DNA of 64,000 nt from Lingula anatina (Eukaryota; Animalia; Brachiopoda): positions 21,598,534 through 21,662,533 of the forward strand of contig CM120644.1 of NCBI GenBank assembly GCA_051362555.1, in the 5' to 3' direction. The notes beneath the pieces are model-generated. The model worked only from the letters and a program-made list of their open reading frames with translations. It was not told the DNA's origin and did not search any database. Below, piece after piece: positions 27,441-40,972 of this stretch. Each line of letters starts with the position of its first letter. The first letter of the stretch is position 1. The position numbers and the translations under genes are program-made.

Positions 27441-27779
27441 GACTAGATACCAAAGCCAGCAAATATACAGACATCTTATTTGAAACGAGGCAGCAAAGCT
27501 TTCAGATGTTCAAACATTAGACAAAACTGCTCAAGCAAACATTGGTCAAGGTGGAAAAAGGGAATATGTCATTCAGATTTCTCTCTGACAGTAGTGGCAT
27601 AAACCTTGTTGTAATATCATTATGTTTACCTGCAAAAAATCCATTGCCCATTTTTATTTCCCAAACAAGGTGGATTCCTATTTGTGCTGAAACTTGCCAC
27701 ATCCCACATCTTGCAGGCCTGGGTGAGACAAAGGGTTGTTCCTGCTGGCAGCACTCCCTGGCTTCTACCTGTAAAAAAG

Positions 27780-27845
27780 ATGACAGGCACAGGCGAAGGC
27801 TCTATGTACAGACAGTGTCTCTAGACTGTGTCTGTACATAAAAAC
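27780..27845 (-). mobile_element. Isolated HINE-like terminal hairpin (related family)
   Basis: ATGTACAGACAGTGTCTCTAGACTGTGTCTGTACATAAAAA shares the ATGTACAGAC/GTCTGTACAT subTIR with the HINEs at 8.1 and 48.9 kb. Confidence 0.6.
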
Positions 27846-28769
27846 CATGCCCAGCCTGGTAACGTCAGTACATGTGCACCTAGAAGCCACCATGCAGTGT
27901 GGAAACAGGAGCTGCAAAAGGAGACAGGAGAAGATATGTGATGGACACATTTTCTGCTAAAAGACAGAGACAGTACTAGAACCAGTTGTGACAAAAATTA
28001 CCAAAAATTATTGCACCCCGATCCTTTCTGTAATTTGATGAAGTTTATTTCTAGTTAGCGTTGTTTTACCTGAAATACTATTACCGCACTGCCGTGATAA
28101 ACAGACGAACATGGGAGCCGCCATTGTGTTACATCATATAGCCTTGACATATTTAGGTGGCCTTGTGACCTCAGAATATAAACAAACAACAATGGGGATG
28201 GAACCTAGATGTAAATGATGCGCACGTACAACATACGTTAAAGTAAATTGTGAAAAAAGAAAAAAACGCAAGGAGAGTGTTGGAGTGGAAGCATTGTAGT
28301 TGGGTTGAAGAAAACAGTACAAAGAGACGTATGTAGAAGAGCGGAAGAGCGGAAGAGCGGCAACATGAGTTACACTGATCTTTCGGACCGCAACTCCAGT
28401 AATGTGTTAGCGTAACTGGGAAAACTCTTTAGTTTTGTTATTTTTGAGTTTCTTAGATTTAGCTCACTTGACCAGCAGCCGTTCATGGAGAAATTTTTAC
28501 TCTTCTGACCCGCGTTTAAATTTACGTGCCCACTGGACTCCCGAATGGAGGGCTCGTGTCACACTGGTGTCAGAAGTGGGATAGCACACACAAGAGTGGA
28601 GTATTGTGTATGTATTGCTGTTCATATCGATTCTCCCCAAGAAAAGAAGAGGAAAGGAGAAGAAGAAAGGCAGAAGAAAGAAGATGGAGAATAATTATGA
28701 AAATCCAGGACAACAGAATTCGGATGACGGGTGGAGGGAGAGTGTACAGGGCAGCCTACAACAACTATG

Positions 28770-29270
28770 CGACAGTAAGGAATTTGCTAAGCCACTTATT
28801 CAGCTCATCTCTGGCTCTGCAAGTTAACTGGTTAGGGAAAGGGGAAAGGGGGCTTTTTCAAAGCTGAAGCAAATCAGACATCTTGTTGCAAGTAAGTGGA
28901 AATAAGTGTTCAAATAAAATGTACTAGAAATGACTATCCAAAAATGCACTTGGGTTCTTTTCTCCTTAAACTTTACTTAATTGTCTAATAAATATAACTT
29001 ATATATTTTCAGGGAAAAAGAGATATGCTGCAAAAATTCTATAACTCAATTACTCATTCCGTACACCTCACTAGTGTTGCAGAAGTAAAATATGATGATG
29101 GTTAAATCATTGCTAATCATCCTTTGTTATCTTTTCTTCCAGCTACTGTAAGGAAGAATAGGCTATGTCATGTGGTAACAGAAGCCGAAATAAGTGAGAC
29201 TATCAAAAAAATGGTTTCGATATGCATGTGACAGGAACGGTGTGCCTATGAGGAGGCATAAGAACAGCAT
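28770..29270 (+). pseudogene. DUF4806-like transposon accessory gene, two exon relics
   Basis: TVRNLLSHLFSSSLALQVNWLGKG..AFSKLKQIRHLVA|GTAAG, then CAG|..TVRKNRLCHVVTEAEISETIKKWFRYACDRNG. Confidence 0.6.
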
Positions 29271-30242
29271 GGTGTCATCACCACCCTGCCTCAATGAACC
29301 AAGGGAATACTGCACCATACTGTAGGTTTACATGCCAAGCTAAATACTAGTAAATTGCTGCAATGTGTTTCAGCAATATTAGACATTCACAAATCACTCA
29401 TCTTTGTCTCTGACCATACTCATTACCACTTTATATTTAAAAAGTCACAGATCACAATATTAAATAAAACCGAACTAAATATTAAGTAATAGCATGACGA
29501 GGGGATTATCCGAAAAAAACAACATGCTTTTCCAACAAAATATATCAAAAACAAAATCTACAGCACATAAAGCTCTATGACACATACAAGGGAGACGGAG
29601 ACAACTTTTTATGAAAGCAACAAATTAGACATTGGCAAATGATTTCGTTCTTTCAGAGACAAAAAGGGCACTAAGATATCCACTTCAGCATCAGTTATAT
29701 GTAATTGAAGTTCATCAATATTATCATTTTTAGTATTTCTATTAACGTTGCAACTGCTTTATTCCATTTTATATTTCAGGTTCATGTTGTAGTCAGCAAA
29801 ATAAATCATCACCTACCTCCATCCACTTGGTTTTCTACACCAACAGACAGAAAAGCTACAAAAAATTACAGTTATGGAGGAATAAGGAAATGCTTGCAAA
29901 TCTATGCTGTAATTTCTGTGATTCTGAATTTTAAACAGCAAAGTTAATTTACTTTGAATGATTTATAAATTGGTAAAACATGGCAGATAATTCTAGACAC
30001 ATTTTCCTTAAAAATCTCAGTTGTAGACAAAGGAGAAAGATACATAGTTTGTTGTGTCTTTGAGTGCATTTGATGGAGCTTAAATTTGCAAGTTGGTGGG
30101 ATTGTTCCTTCTTCACAAGATAAAGGAAGAAATCTGGCGGAGTTGCGCATATAACATCTGTGGGACTACAGAGACAACTGCATTAATTGGAGTAATACAA
30201 TCTTGTGCTGTAAGAACATGCAACATATTCAGAATAGAACCA

Positions 30243-30863
30243 CAGGCCTACCCAACTACCAGACTCGATACCTACAGATCCAGAATAAACCGGTATATCA
30301 GACCACACTACCCGTTTTCAAGGTGTGTGTCAGATCGCATTACAGAGTATCATACCCCATCACAAATTTTGTAGCCCTACCTGTCGTCCGGGTATCGCGC
30401 CTCGTTTTCGTCAAGTAGGAGTCGTATGAATATGTACAACAACATGGCGACAGACGGTAGTCGGTGAAAAAATCACATAATTTTATTTAACCCCTGACAG
30501 AATATACTTCCGCTATCAAAATTAGGTATACTTTTCTAAATTAATATATAAGTTTGCAAGTTCTTATTTATAAACCATCATTGGCTATGTTCAAACCTAA
30601 ATTTTATGTAAAAAAATTGCGGTATTGTCAGATTTTTAGCATAAACAGGGAAAATTGCAGCAGCACATGAATCTAGATGAGATGCACTACTTTCCAACCC
30701 TGCTTAGGATCATGGCTATCACATAGCGCACCAGGCAAAATCAGTGTGGTGGCTGATACTCTGTAATGCGATCTGACACACACCTTGAAAACGGGTAGTG
30801 TGGTCTGATATACCGGTTTATTCTGGATCCGTAGGTGCCCAGTCTGGTAGTTGGGTAGGCCTG
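30243..30863. mobile_element. Non-autonomous DNA transposon (621 bp) with ~110-bp TIRs and 5-bp TSD AACCA
   Basis: 30243-30352 CAGGCCTACCCAACTACCAG... is the near-perfect reverse complement of 30755-30863. AACCA flanks both ends (30238-30242, 30864-30868). Confidence 0.9.
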
Positions 30864-31850
30864 AACCAGTTGAACTGTTAAAAACAGTTTGCCTTGCTTT
30901 AACTGTAATTATGAACCTAAGAGCAGCTGAATTCCTAAATGTAAATCTGAAAAACACAATCCTTTTCACAAGCTGAACGCAGAACCTATTTATGAACATG
31001 TATAAGAACTCAAATCACCCCCTTGAAGTAATATGAAATATTATAGGGAGTGTGGAGGAGGTTGGCACATGGGGCAGCTTAAAACATTGCCTTTCTTGGA
31101 AAACTAAGGACTCTGCAGGAGACGGTGCTGCCACGTACATGCATATACATATTTAAGTAATTATAATAGTGAATTCAACTTAGGAATATGCTTCAGCTGT
31201 AACTAGTAGTTTGTAGGTGTAAAGAAAAAAACAATACATATCCTAATTCCACGCTCGGAACTCTCCCCTCTTATGAGGTGAGAAAATACATTGGGCCAAG
31301 TGCCTTATGAAATGGTCAATAATTCTTATAAATCACAATAAATGAAATGTTGTGTGTTCTGACAATCCATGTATTCGTCCCTAGAAGATATTTCAAGAGA
31401 AAGATTTATCTTTCAAAGAGTCTTTTCATGTTTTACACCATATTTTTAAGAGGGTCAAAGTGGGGATTCCTGGCGGGATTCCGAGAGCAGGAATTCTCCC
31501 TTAAAGCGCTACGACATGGGTGGAACTCCCCCCAAATTTGATCGAAATTGAAAATTAAAGATTGATAACAATTCATTGATTTATGAACCTAAGAGCCTAT
31601 GAACCTTTGGAAAACACTTCAACTACTAAAATCAACGAACTGTTGTTGGTGTCACAGTGTTTATTAAATTTATTTTTGAAAAAACAAATCATCAAATGGT
31701 GTCAAAAATGAATAAAGGTAAATATTACCCAATCAAGAGCCGATCAGTCATAGGGAAGATCAATATTGATTGGAGACGATAATTTCCTGCGGATCTATGG
31801 GTATATGAACGAGCAAAAATCACTAATTGCACCTATGTTTCTCGGGAGAG

Positions 31851-33236
31851 ATGGCAGCATACCTTATTTTCAATGTCGAAAAAGTTCAGACACCCCACGT
31901 CTACAGGAAGAGGATTGACCAGCATGGCTGATTCAAGGATGCTGAAACAAGCAAAGAAGAGATCTGGAGGCTGGTGAGGGTATGGAGCCGGCACTTGTAA
32001 GATCCATCAACACACCGAGGTGCGCAGAACTCAAAATGACTTCCATTCCATCGCCGGATTCCCGAGAGTGCTGGGGTGTGTGGATAGCACCATGATTGCC
32101 ATTAAATCCCCTACGGCTGACGTTGAAAACGCCTAAGTCTGCCGTAAAGGCTTCCATGCCATTAATGTCCAGGCTATTTGTAATGCTCAACTTATGTAAG
32201 TACATGTTTTTCTTTTATCATTTATTTTTAACAGTACAAGGTCAATATATATGTATATTTATATATATCTGTCATGATATCATCAAAATGTAAACACACA
32301 TAATTGGGTCACGTGTAGCAATCACAACTACCGCAATTGTGTTGGTTGTACTTCCAGTCATATTAAACTATTAATGGTTGAGAAAAAAGAGAAAAAAAAG
32401 ATTTTGCATTTCTGTACACAAAAAAACAAACAAAAAAACTCATTGTTGAAAGAAGAAATCATTTTAATTTTCAATAACTTTTTTTACGCTTTGAATATAC
32501 AGCAACTTTAAATTAAGTATCTTTACCATTGTAAAATATTATTTCATTATAATCATTATTTATTTATTTTATCTATTTTATTTATTTTTTTGTTTAAATT
32601 TTTCTGATGCAGTGTGCAGATGGCCAGGGAGCACTTACAATAGCTTCATTTTCACTAACAGTGGGATTGGACAGCATTTTGAAGGTACGGATGCAGAGGA
32701 TATTCCAGGATTCCTCCTGGGAGATTCCAGTTATCCTCTGTGCCCATATCTTATGACTCCTAAAGCCAACCCTCAAACAGATCCTGAAATTAAATACAAC
32801 AGGGCACATATATCAACAAGGAACACCATCGAGAGGGCCCTTGGTGTTTAAAAAAGCAGGAGGAGGTAATTATTTTCTTTCTTTTTTTTTTTTTTTTTTT
32901 TTACTTTTACATCATTAACTTGCAAAACATTCGTAAAATTTTTTTAAATAAGTTTTCTTACATCAGCATTTGCTTTCTGGATTAATTGAATTTCTTGTTT
33001 CATTTTTCCAGGTGTCTGGACAGATCAGGGGGCAGCCTACAATACTCCACAGATGTGGCCTGTAATATCATTATGGCTTGTTTCAGGTTGAATAACTTAT
33101 GCATTCGCGCTGGACTCCCATTACCAGGGGATGTCCAGCAGTTGGAGCCTGATGAGCTGCTCCCCCACCTTGGCAAAGACTGTCCAGATGGGTTATAAGA
33201 GCCAGGGAAGAACTCATCAGGCACAAGTTTTCATGA
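31851..33236 (+). pseudogene. PIF/Harbinger (HARBI1-like) DDE transposase relic, family A copy 1, intron-containing
   Basis: GFPRVLGCVDST...CRKGFHAINVQAICNAQL|GTAAG; RWPGSTYNS...LLGDSSYP...LMTP...YNRAHISTRNTIERALGV; CLDRSGGSLQY...CNIIMAC..LNNLC. Contains stops and a deletion of the HTH region. Confidence 0.92.
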
Positions 33237-33844
33237 TTTTTTTTTTCTTTTTCTTTTTTTTTTTGGTATGGGCATAGGGCACCGTCCTAGTTACTAGTAA
33301 GAATGCAACATAAAAGACTGTGTCAATTTCATTGTGTTGTATATATTGCATACATTGGCAAAAAAAAAAAAAAAAAAAAAGGGTGGAGCAGGTTGGAACA
33401 ATGTTTTTTCAACAACTGACAGACCCTCTCTTTATGCCTGGAGATATTTGGCCTTTTGGTTAAATTGCACTAAAAATCAGGTGGAAGAAAGTCAGGGAGA
33501 ACTAGATTCTTAACACACTTTTTTACAAATGGATTCTTAATTGCACAGCAAGCAACATGAAGAATTCAATGAAAACTACTGGAAAAAAGAAATCAAAAAC
33601 AGGTTAGCATTTGGTTGAAGCCACTCAGCAGTAATGCCATTGGAGACAAGCAGCCAGGACAACGCCAAACAAAATAACGAATAAACAAGAAAAAGTTGCA
33701 ATTGTACATTGCCAGACAAGTGTCCTCAACCAGGGGAATGCGACGTTGAATGTGAAGGCCAAATATAAATAGGTCACCACTAATGGCGCTTTAATCCCTG
33801 CGAATTTTTGATCAATGCGATGAACATTTACATTTTATCTTTAT

Positions 33845-35020
33845 TTTTTTATTTGGTTTTTTGCATGGACAAGTTGCGCAAGTTGTGTAAAGAATTGTGT
33901 TTAGAACATGTGTCCACATAGGGTTTGTAAATATGAATCCAAATGTTCATTGACATATATAAAGAAGTGTTAAATGAGAAATGTCACTTTATTGTTTAGA
34001 CTGGATTGACATTCTGTGTCAAGTGTCAGTGAAACTACAAGCATAACCATTCAATATTAACATTATTCAAATGTATGCACCTACTGTACTGGTAGTGTGC
34101 AGTTATATGTTTTATGCAGAGAGCAATGCCTCCAATGACCTTGACACTGACTGAACTCCATATGACCTAATGGATAAGACGGCTTGATGGCTGTGCCTTT
34201 AAAGAGGCGCAAATTGGAATGCTGTATGTTGTATTCAACAACAACTTTATGTCCTCATTACTAGTAAAAGGAAAGTCAAGTACCTTGTTACAATTCACTG
34301 TCAAGCTTACTGTTTGTAATTAGGGATGGTTGTCCCATTAAAGACCACTATAACAGAATTAGTGCTTCTCTATGGACACTACCACCAGAGTCCTAAAGCT
34401 TGGAACTGAAAGCAATGAGAAAAATATTGGAGGAAAACCCCACCAAACTGACCTAGGACAGTTGAAGACATTGTTTTAGCAAGAGGTGCCTCACCAGAAG
34501 TGCCTTCAACAGGTTGTTCAGAAGACAGTTTACTGACCATGTTGACGCTTGCTATGAAAATATTCGATTCTCCGCCTACTGACTGAATAGTTTTGATTAT
34601 CATTGTTTTGCACAAATGTGTGTTGATAACAAAAATATAAATATATTTGTGTTTTCAAACTATGTATACAAGAGATAATTATTAGCAATGGGAATTTCCA
34701 GTCAGAACAACATGCACCTCTATATCAGATGCATCAAACTAAAATTACATCTTAAATTTATACACTGAACTCTTTGTCACATGAAAGGGAGATGGGGGCA
34801 ACTTCCTTCCAAAAGGGCCAAGCCAGCTTTGCTGCACAAAGACAATCACTGGATTCCAAACATGATGGACGAGGCCAGATAGAGGTATGCCAAAACTTGG
34901 AGAATTGAGGTATATAAATCATTAAAAGCACTTAATAATAAAATGTATAAAGCTAATTTTAAAATATGGAATATTACATACCTTACAGCTTAACCATTTA
35001 CTTTGGCAATTTTGAAAATT
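33845..35020 (+). repeat. Near-identical duplicate of 62833-64000
   Basis: Direct match with only scattered substitutions. ORFs 34379-34615 and 63366-63599 are almost identical. Confidence 0.93.
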
Positions 35021-35739
35021 GTTTGAACTATGGTAAAGTCAAATTACAGGAAATGTCTTCAAAATACTGCCATCTGATCTCATTTTTGGAAGTAGCGATA
35101 AAGTTAAAAACCTTGTAATTCTTCATTCTAAATTTTTTATTTTCAAAAGTACAAAATTAAATTCTAGATTGCTACTTAAACCGGAACTTAAATCTACTTT
35201 AATGAGTATAGCAAATCAAAACATATAGTTATTGTTTCAGTTTGTCTTTTTTACTTTTTATTACTTATTAGTTTACTTCTAATTATACATGTATATAAAT
35301 CTGTATATATTTGTTTGTATATAAATAGGGTGTGCGTGCTAGTGTGTGTGAGGTTGGGTATGTGTGAGTGTGTGCAGGAGCCTTTATTTAAATAAAAATT
35401 AAAAAATTGTGATAAAAATAGATAAGTCACTCTGGTACACTTCAAATGTTATCAATTCCTTATCAACCTGAATGTTTAACGTACCATAAAAAATTTAATT
35501 AATATAACATAGTATATTTTCTCTTAAGTGTGAGAGTGGGAGTGACTGTAGTTTTCTTTTTTGTACTACATATATGCTGTATTTGTGAAGTATTGTGTCA
35601 ATAAAAAAAAAAAAAAAAAAAAAAAAAAAAGAATGGTAGACAAGTTGAAAAAATAAGATGTAAGACATTACTGTAGTCCTATGTTTTTTAAGACTGAAAA
35701 ATTGATTATATATTTCAAGAAATATTGATATATGTTTCA

Positions 35740-36122
35740 GATTAGATATCTGGCAGCGTATACGATTGACAACATCGGTGCCGAAGAGTAATAAAAGAAA
35801 CTGTAGCCCACGATGTGCAGTTGTTATACCATGTGTTACAATATCGAAAACCAGTTGTACCATTACTATAGTACAATACACCAAATTAAATATGACTTTC
35901 TGAACGATATTTCAGAATGTGATTCAGCATATTTTTACAGTGAGAGATAGAAGTTTTTTTCTAAATATTTATTCTTTATTTCTATTTACAGAGGCAGTTA
36001 GGTCGCATCATTCAAACAATGTCTCTGAAGACATTTTTAGATCTTATGTTAAAAATTTTCTGAACGGATTGCAAGACAGGAATGGCAGAAGAAGGAAAAG
36101 AGCCGTGAAAGATCTAATTTAA
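35740..36122 (+). pseudogene. DUF4806-like gene relic (second family); exon module repeated at ~49.3, 57.1 and 58.2 kb
   Basis: NIGAE-RVIKETVAHDVQLL, then TTTACAG|EAVRSHHSNNVSEDIFRSYVKNFLNGLQDRNGRRRKR*. Confidence 0.6.
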
Positions 36123-36825
36123 ATTATTTGGCTAATTATTAAAGGGGTTCTTACCAATATAGATCAGGCTTATATACCTGTTGGAATTTTAATTATTTAA
36201 TTTATTTAATTACATGTTTGTAAACATTGTAACAGGATAAGGAAGATTCTTAATTTATTACCTCATGTTAGGGGGTAAGTGCTCTCAGAGCAATGTCTGT
36301 ACTTGCAGAGAGTTTGGCATGTGTCAGGGATATTGTTATTTACAAGGTGCCTTTTTCATGGGTATTTTTTATGATCTGTTTTGCTTTGCTGCATTGTTAA
36401 ACTTTGCATTCTATTTGTACTTTTAATATGAACATTATATGTTGCTGTTACTTTTTATTTTAATCTATTAATCAGCTGGTAACATTTGAAGCTGCATTCA
36501 GCACGTTTTATGCAGGTGTTGCTTTTATCTTTTTAATGTATTGATCAGCTGAATGTTTTTTCTTGTACATTAGAGGTATTATTCTTATCTTCTATTTTAT
36601 GTATTAATTGGCTAATTATTTTTGAAACTGCATTCTATACGGATATTGCATTTGAGGAGTGGCCCTTAATTTGTTACATGTATGTTGCCAGCAAGGTTAT
36701 ATAATGTGTAATAATTTTGTTTAGTTTTGAAGCACAGAATAAATACTCAAACCTTGTATGTCTCTTTTTATAGTAATCTTATTGAATAATTTAAAATTTA
36801 TTATTATTTAAAAAAAAAAAAAAAA

Positions 36826-36900
36826 CTGGACCATATGTGGTCCACATCCGGCCCTAATCTGGCCTCTTTGATATTGATCTGGCCCACATCTGGCATGCCA
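36826..36900. repeat. Short CTGGCCC/ATCTGGC repeat cluster, likely subterminal repeats of a DNA transposon (CMC/EnSpm-like)
   Basis: CTGGACCATATGTGGTCCACATCCGGCCCTAATCTGGCC...ATCTGGCCCACATCTGGCATGCC downstream of the DUF4806 relic. Confidence 0.35.
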
Positions 36901-36914
36901 TAGTGATAATGAAC

Positions 36915-38130
36915 TTAGAAAATGATTTCTTATTGCAGAGAAAAGGAGCGGCCAAGGGCACAAAAATGGCCCCTCAGTATGTTAACTAATTTATGATCAA
37001 CTTACAAAAGTCTGTCCTTAACAAAGCCCTGAAAAAGCCTCTATTCTATTGATGACATCTTAATACTTTGAACACAGGGAGAAGCAGACCTTAAAGAATT
37101 TGCAAAACTTTGAAGAAAACCCTTGATTCGCTTTACTCTCAACTACTCTAACCAAAAACAAAACCTTTTGGATACCACTGTCTCCATAAATAACAATAGA
37201 CTGGCAACATGCATATATAGAAAATCCACAGATCACTGACCTTACCCACATAACAATAGTTTCCATCCTTTGCATATAAAAAAAATCTATTGTATATCAT
37301 CATACTTCAAGATATTATCATCATGCAGGTGAATTTATATGCATGATAATATCACAGAGTGACCTTGGAACCCAAAGCATCAGTTCACTCATAGAGTGCT
37401 GATCTAAGAGCAGATCACAAACCCCAAATGGTGCCACAATAGGAATGTGTGGAAAGGATTCTGGGGTGGTTTCTCTCTGATTTCAAGAGAGTGCACATGC
37501 AGTGCAACAACATGACAATAGAAAGTGTTCCAAACATGCCTAGCACCCAGGAATAGTCATGGACTGGGACCTAGAATTGCCTTATGATATTTTTTGCAGT
37601 GTCATTGCCTCCTAAACATCACGTCTGCACCCTGTATTCAATATCAACATCAGCACTGACAGTGTCACGTCTGCACCCTGTATTCAATATCAACATCAGC
37701 ACTGACAGTGTCACGTCTGCACCCTGTATTCAATATCAACATCAGCACTGACAGTGTCACGTCTGCACCCTGTATTCAATATCAACATCAGCACTGACAG
37801 TGTCACGTCTGCACCCTGTATTCAATATCAACATCAGCACTGACAGTGTCACGTCTGCACCCTGTATTCAATATCAACATCAGCACTGACAGTGTCACGT
37901 CTGCACCCTGTATTCAATATCAACATCAGCACTGACAGTGTCACGTCTGCACCCTGTATTCAATATCAACATCAGCACTGACAGTGTCACGTCTGCACCC
38001 TGTATTCAATATCAACATCAGCAGTGATAGTGTATCTTCTTAAAATTATCAACAGAAAATGACCCCACTAATTCATGGCCATTTTCTTACCATGTTATAC
38101 ACATTCACTGCACAAAATATTATTGATATT
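36915..38130 (+). mobile_element. Penelope-like retroelement relic (RT core, probably extending toward GIY-YIG linker)
   Basis: LQRKGAAKGTKMAPQYVN*FM, KKPLF..IDDILIL, IRFTLNYS..LLDTTVSI, IYRKSTD, SFHPLHIKKSIVY match Penelope RT motifs (G.AMG..MAP.YA, YIDDI, IKFT, Y.KPTD, S.HP.H.K.SI). Confidence 0.8.
37619..38032. repeat. 46-bp minisatellite, 9 copies
   Basis: Unit TCACGTCTGCACCCTGTATTCAATATCAACATCAGCACTGACAGTG. First 8 copies identical; the last has 2 changes. Confidence 0.97.
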
Positions 38131-38253
38131 TGTTATACATTTGTGTTAATTCAACTTCTTGCAGAATTTACCATTGCGTGTTGTATTAATAAAGAGAAAA
38201 GTGTCCTTCCAAGTGAGTTGTCTCAGATTCCTTTGTACCTCAGCTGGTACCTT

Positions 38254-39940
38254 GTGAAACAATAACGTCCCCCCCTCCCCGTTTGGATTCCAATACCACA
38301 TTTTTACCTGATCTCTTCAGAGTTTCAATTTGGTAGGGTTAGCAGTAACGTACCTGCCCTCCAGCTTTGATTCCCCCTACTGTAATTGTTTCTGTCAATT
38401 GTAAGAAACTTTAATCTTAAGATGACAAAACTAAAACTACAGTGCATTGACGATGGATGGAAGCTGCCATATTTGCCACTTCATGCTGACCTATGCAGCA
38501 CGCGTAACTCGTGCTCTACGCGACTGCTGATGTTGCTGCGTCAGTGTATAAATAGAGAAGCGCGCTGATGGAAGCGTCCTGTCTGGCTGTCGATTCAAAA
38601 GGGATGGAGAAGAATCAAGGACAGAAAAGACTAAGAAAAGAAGAACCATCAGTGAGTGTTAGGGCAGCCCTTTCGGGCTAGTCCGCTTCATTTTTATTAT
38701 TATTATTTTTTATTTATTTATTTAAAGGGGGGAAACCCGATAAGGAATTTAAATGTTCAGTAGATTTAAAGGTAGATCGTAACCGCATTTATTCCATTGC
38801 TAGATTAACGTAGAACTTTTATGGAAATTTTATTCCCATGCAGCCCCAGTTGTCATTACTAACTGTAACAGTTCATACTGAGTCCAATTATGGACACAGA
38901 TCAGTTAAGTTATTGTTACTGCAGTCGTTTTATTGACAGCAGTAAGTATTTTAGTTCATTATTTTCATAGCCATCAATCCCTTGACAGTGCGTAGTTAAG
39001 GCTAAGCGTAGGGTAGTTCTTATTTTAATTTTTTTATTATCTTGTCGTCACTTCAGTCATTGTTAGGTTAGGTCGTCTTTTAGGGACAATGTCAGTTATT
39101 ACATGTTGTCATCTAATGACCAAGTCATATTTCAGTCATGGTTAAGGCATGTTGTTTGTTTTAGGGATAACATACTAGGGTCACATTTAGCACTGTACGC
39201 ATAATAGGTTGTTATGTTAGTATACGGGGCAGGGGGAGAGATTACCAGTGTTTAGCACAGTGCATATTGGGACAGTGACTCTCTGTACACCAACAGCTAA
39301 TTAACTTGGATTCCCTAAGTGACTGCGGACTTGCGATGTGGTATGAACTCCCTACCATGAGGACATCTTGAAGAGAGAATTACAGAACAGACAGCACCAC
39401 AGAGATGAGTGACATTAAGAAAAAAATGTGTCTGAGCCTGTCGGCGGTTTGTGCTGAGATAATTTCTTGACCACTTCAATATCAGCCAGCCACGGCGCTA
39501 CCATGAAGATGACTGTGCAAGCAACAACGCTGCCATAAGATGACTACGTACCATAATCCATACAAAGGGATATGTGATCTATGAAACTGCGGTACTATCC
39601 ATAAGATGACAACGCAAGCCACGACACTAGCAGAGATGTCTTCTTTCTACTACCCAGATGATGCCGTCAAGCACAACATTTGAAATTTATTTACTCTAAT
39701 GACCATAAGTCATGTCAAAGGAAACTTGGAAATGCATGAACTATTGTGGCCATAAGTCACGTTTAGATTGCATGAATTTTTGCATTCAATGTTTGAAGAT
39801 TTAATAATCATATTGGAAATGTAATACATGTCTTTTTATTTCCGAAGGTTGGGAATAAACTTTCCCCAAGGTACAGGTAACATCAATCCCATACCGCGTT
39901 GGGGTGTTGTCGCCGACTCGAGGTGGACGGCCGCGTCGCA
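38254..39940 (+). mobile_element. Possible solo LTR / retroelement terminal region
   Basis: Non-coding and more GC/CpG-rich than flanks, with TATAAATAG at ~38547 and AATAAA at ~39854. TG...CA candidates exist but no convincing TSD. Confidence 0.3.
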
Positions 39941-40668
39941 TAATAAAATAATAAAACACATTTCCTCTTGTGCTGTGTCAATATTCATATAGTACACTTG
40001 GGACTGGGTTCTACATAGGAAGTGTAATACAAAACCCTGTTAAATTAAACAAACTTCTTAATCTGAAAAATATGAAAGAAACTAGCGAGGAATCTCCAAG
40101 CTACATGTTTTGTTCATGACATTTTGTTTTGTAATATGTCACACTGGAGAAAATGAGAGGATGTCGGTTGGTGCCTAGAGAGAACATTTTTTATAATTTC
40201 TAACATATTTTATCACAAGAAAACTGAACTGCATATTAAAAACCGGGCCTATCTGAAATAATAAACAAACAATAACCAGCTAGATCTGGTTACTCCCATG
40301 GAACTAGTTCAAGGTTATGAAGAATCATTTCTCATCAAAAATAAAAAAATAAAGTCTCCAAAAATTGACATTATTTGCTGCTGCAACATTTTGTATTGCT
40401 ATAAGTTGCTTTTGGAAAAAGGCGCCACTATCTCCCTTGCATCTGGTGTTGAGGTCATCATACAAAAGATTTTAATTTTGGGATATTTTGGTGTCATAAG
40501 GTAATTAAACCTGACAACATACACATAATTTAGTTTTGAATTTTGGTGAATTATCAGTGATGTGACATATGTGACATATATATTGTTATAATTAAAGGCT
40601 TGCTTTAGGAGACAATTTTTCAAGAGTAAAACAGCTTTTTGCACTTTGGGTCAAAAAAATTTTACGAT

Positions 40669-40972
40669 CTGTGAAGGGAGAATAGTCTGAGCTCTGAATG
40701 GCCACATTTGCCATGTTTTACCCTTTCTGCGAAGGGAGAATAGTCTTTTGAGCTCTGAATGGCAGCATTCGCCTTGTGATAACCCTTCTGTGAAGGGAGA
40801 ATAGTCTTTTGAGCTCTAAATGGCCATATTTGCCATGTATTACCCTTTCTGTGAAGGGAGAATAGTCTTTTGAGCTCTTAATGGTCATGTTTGCCATATT
40901 TTACCCTTTCTGTGAAGGGAGAATAGTATTTTGAGCTCTGAATTGCCATATTTGCCATGTGTTATCCTTTCT
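40669..40972. repeat. ~61-bp tandem repeat, 5 diverged copies
   Basis: GAAGGGAGAATAGT anchor at 40673, 40731, 40792, 40853, 40914. Confidence 0.93.

Noticed and set aside
29290-29700. L1/Tx1 endonuclease remnant (SDH-like motif)
   Set aside because: Only one short motif; too degraded to support.
31851-33236. Domesticated host HARBI1 gene
   Set aside because: Stops, deletions and multiple decayed copies indicate transposon relics, so no gene symbol is assigned.
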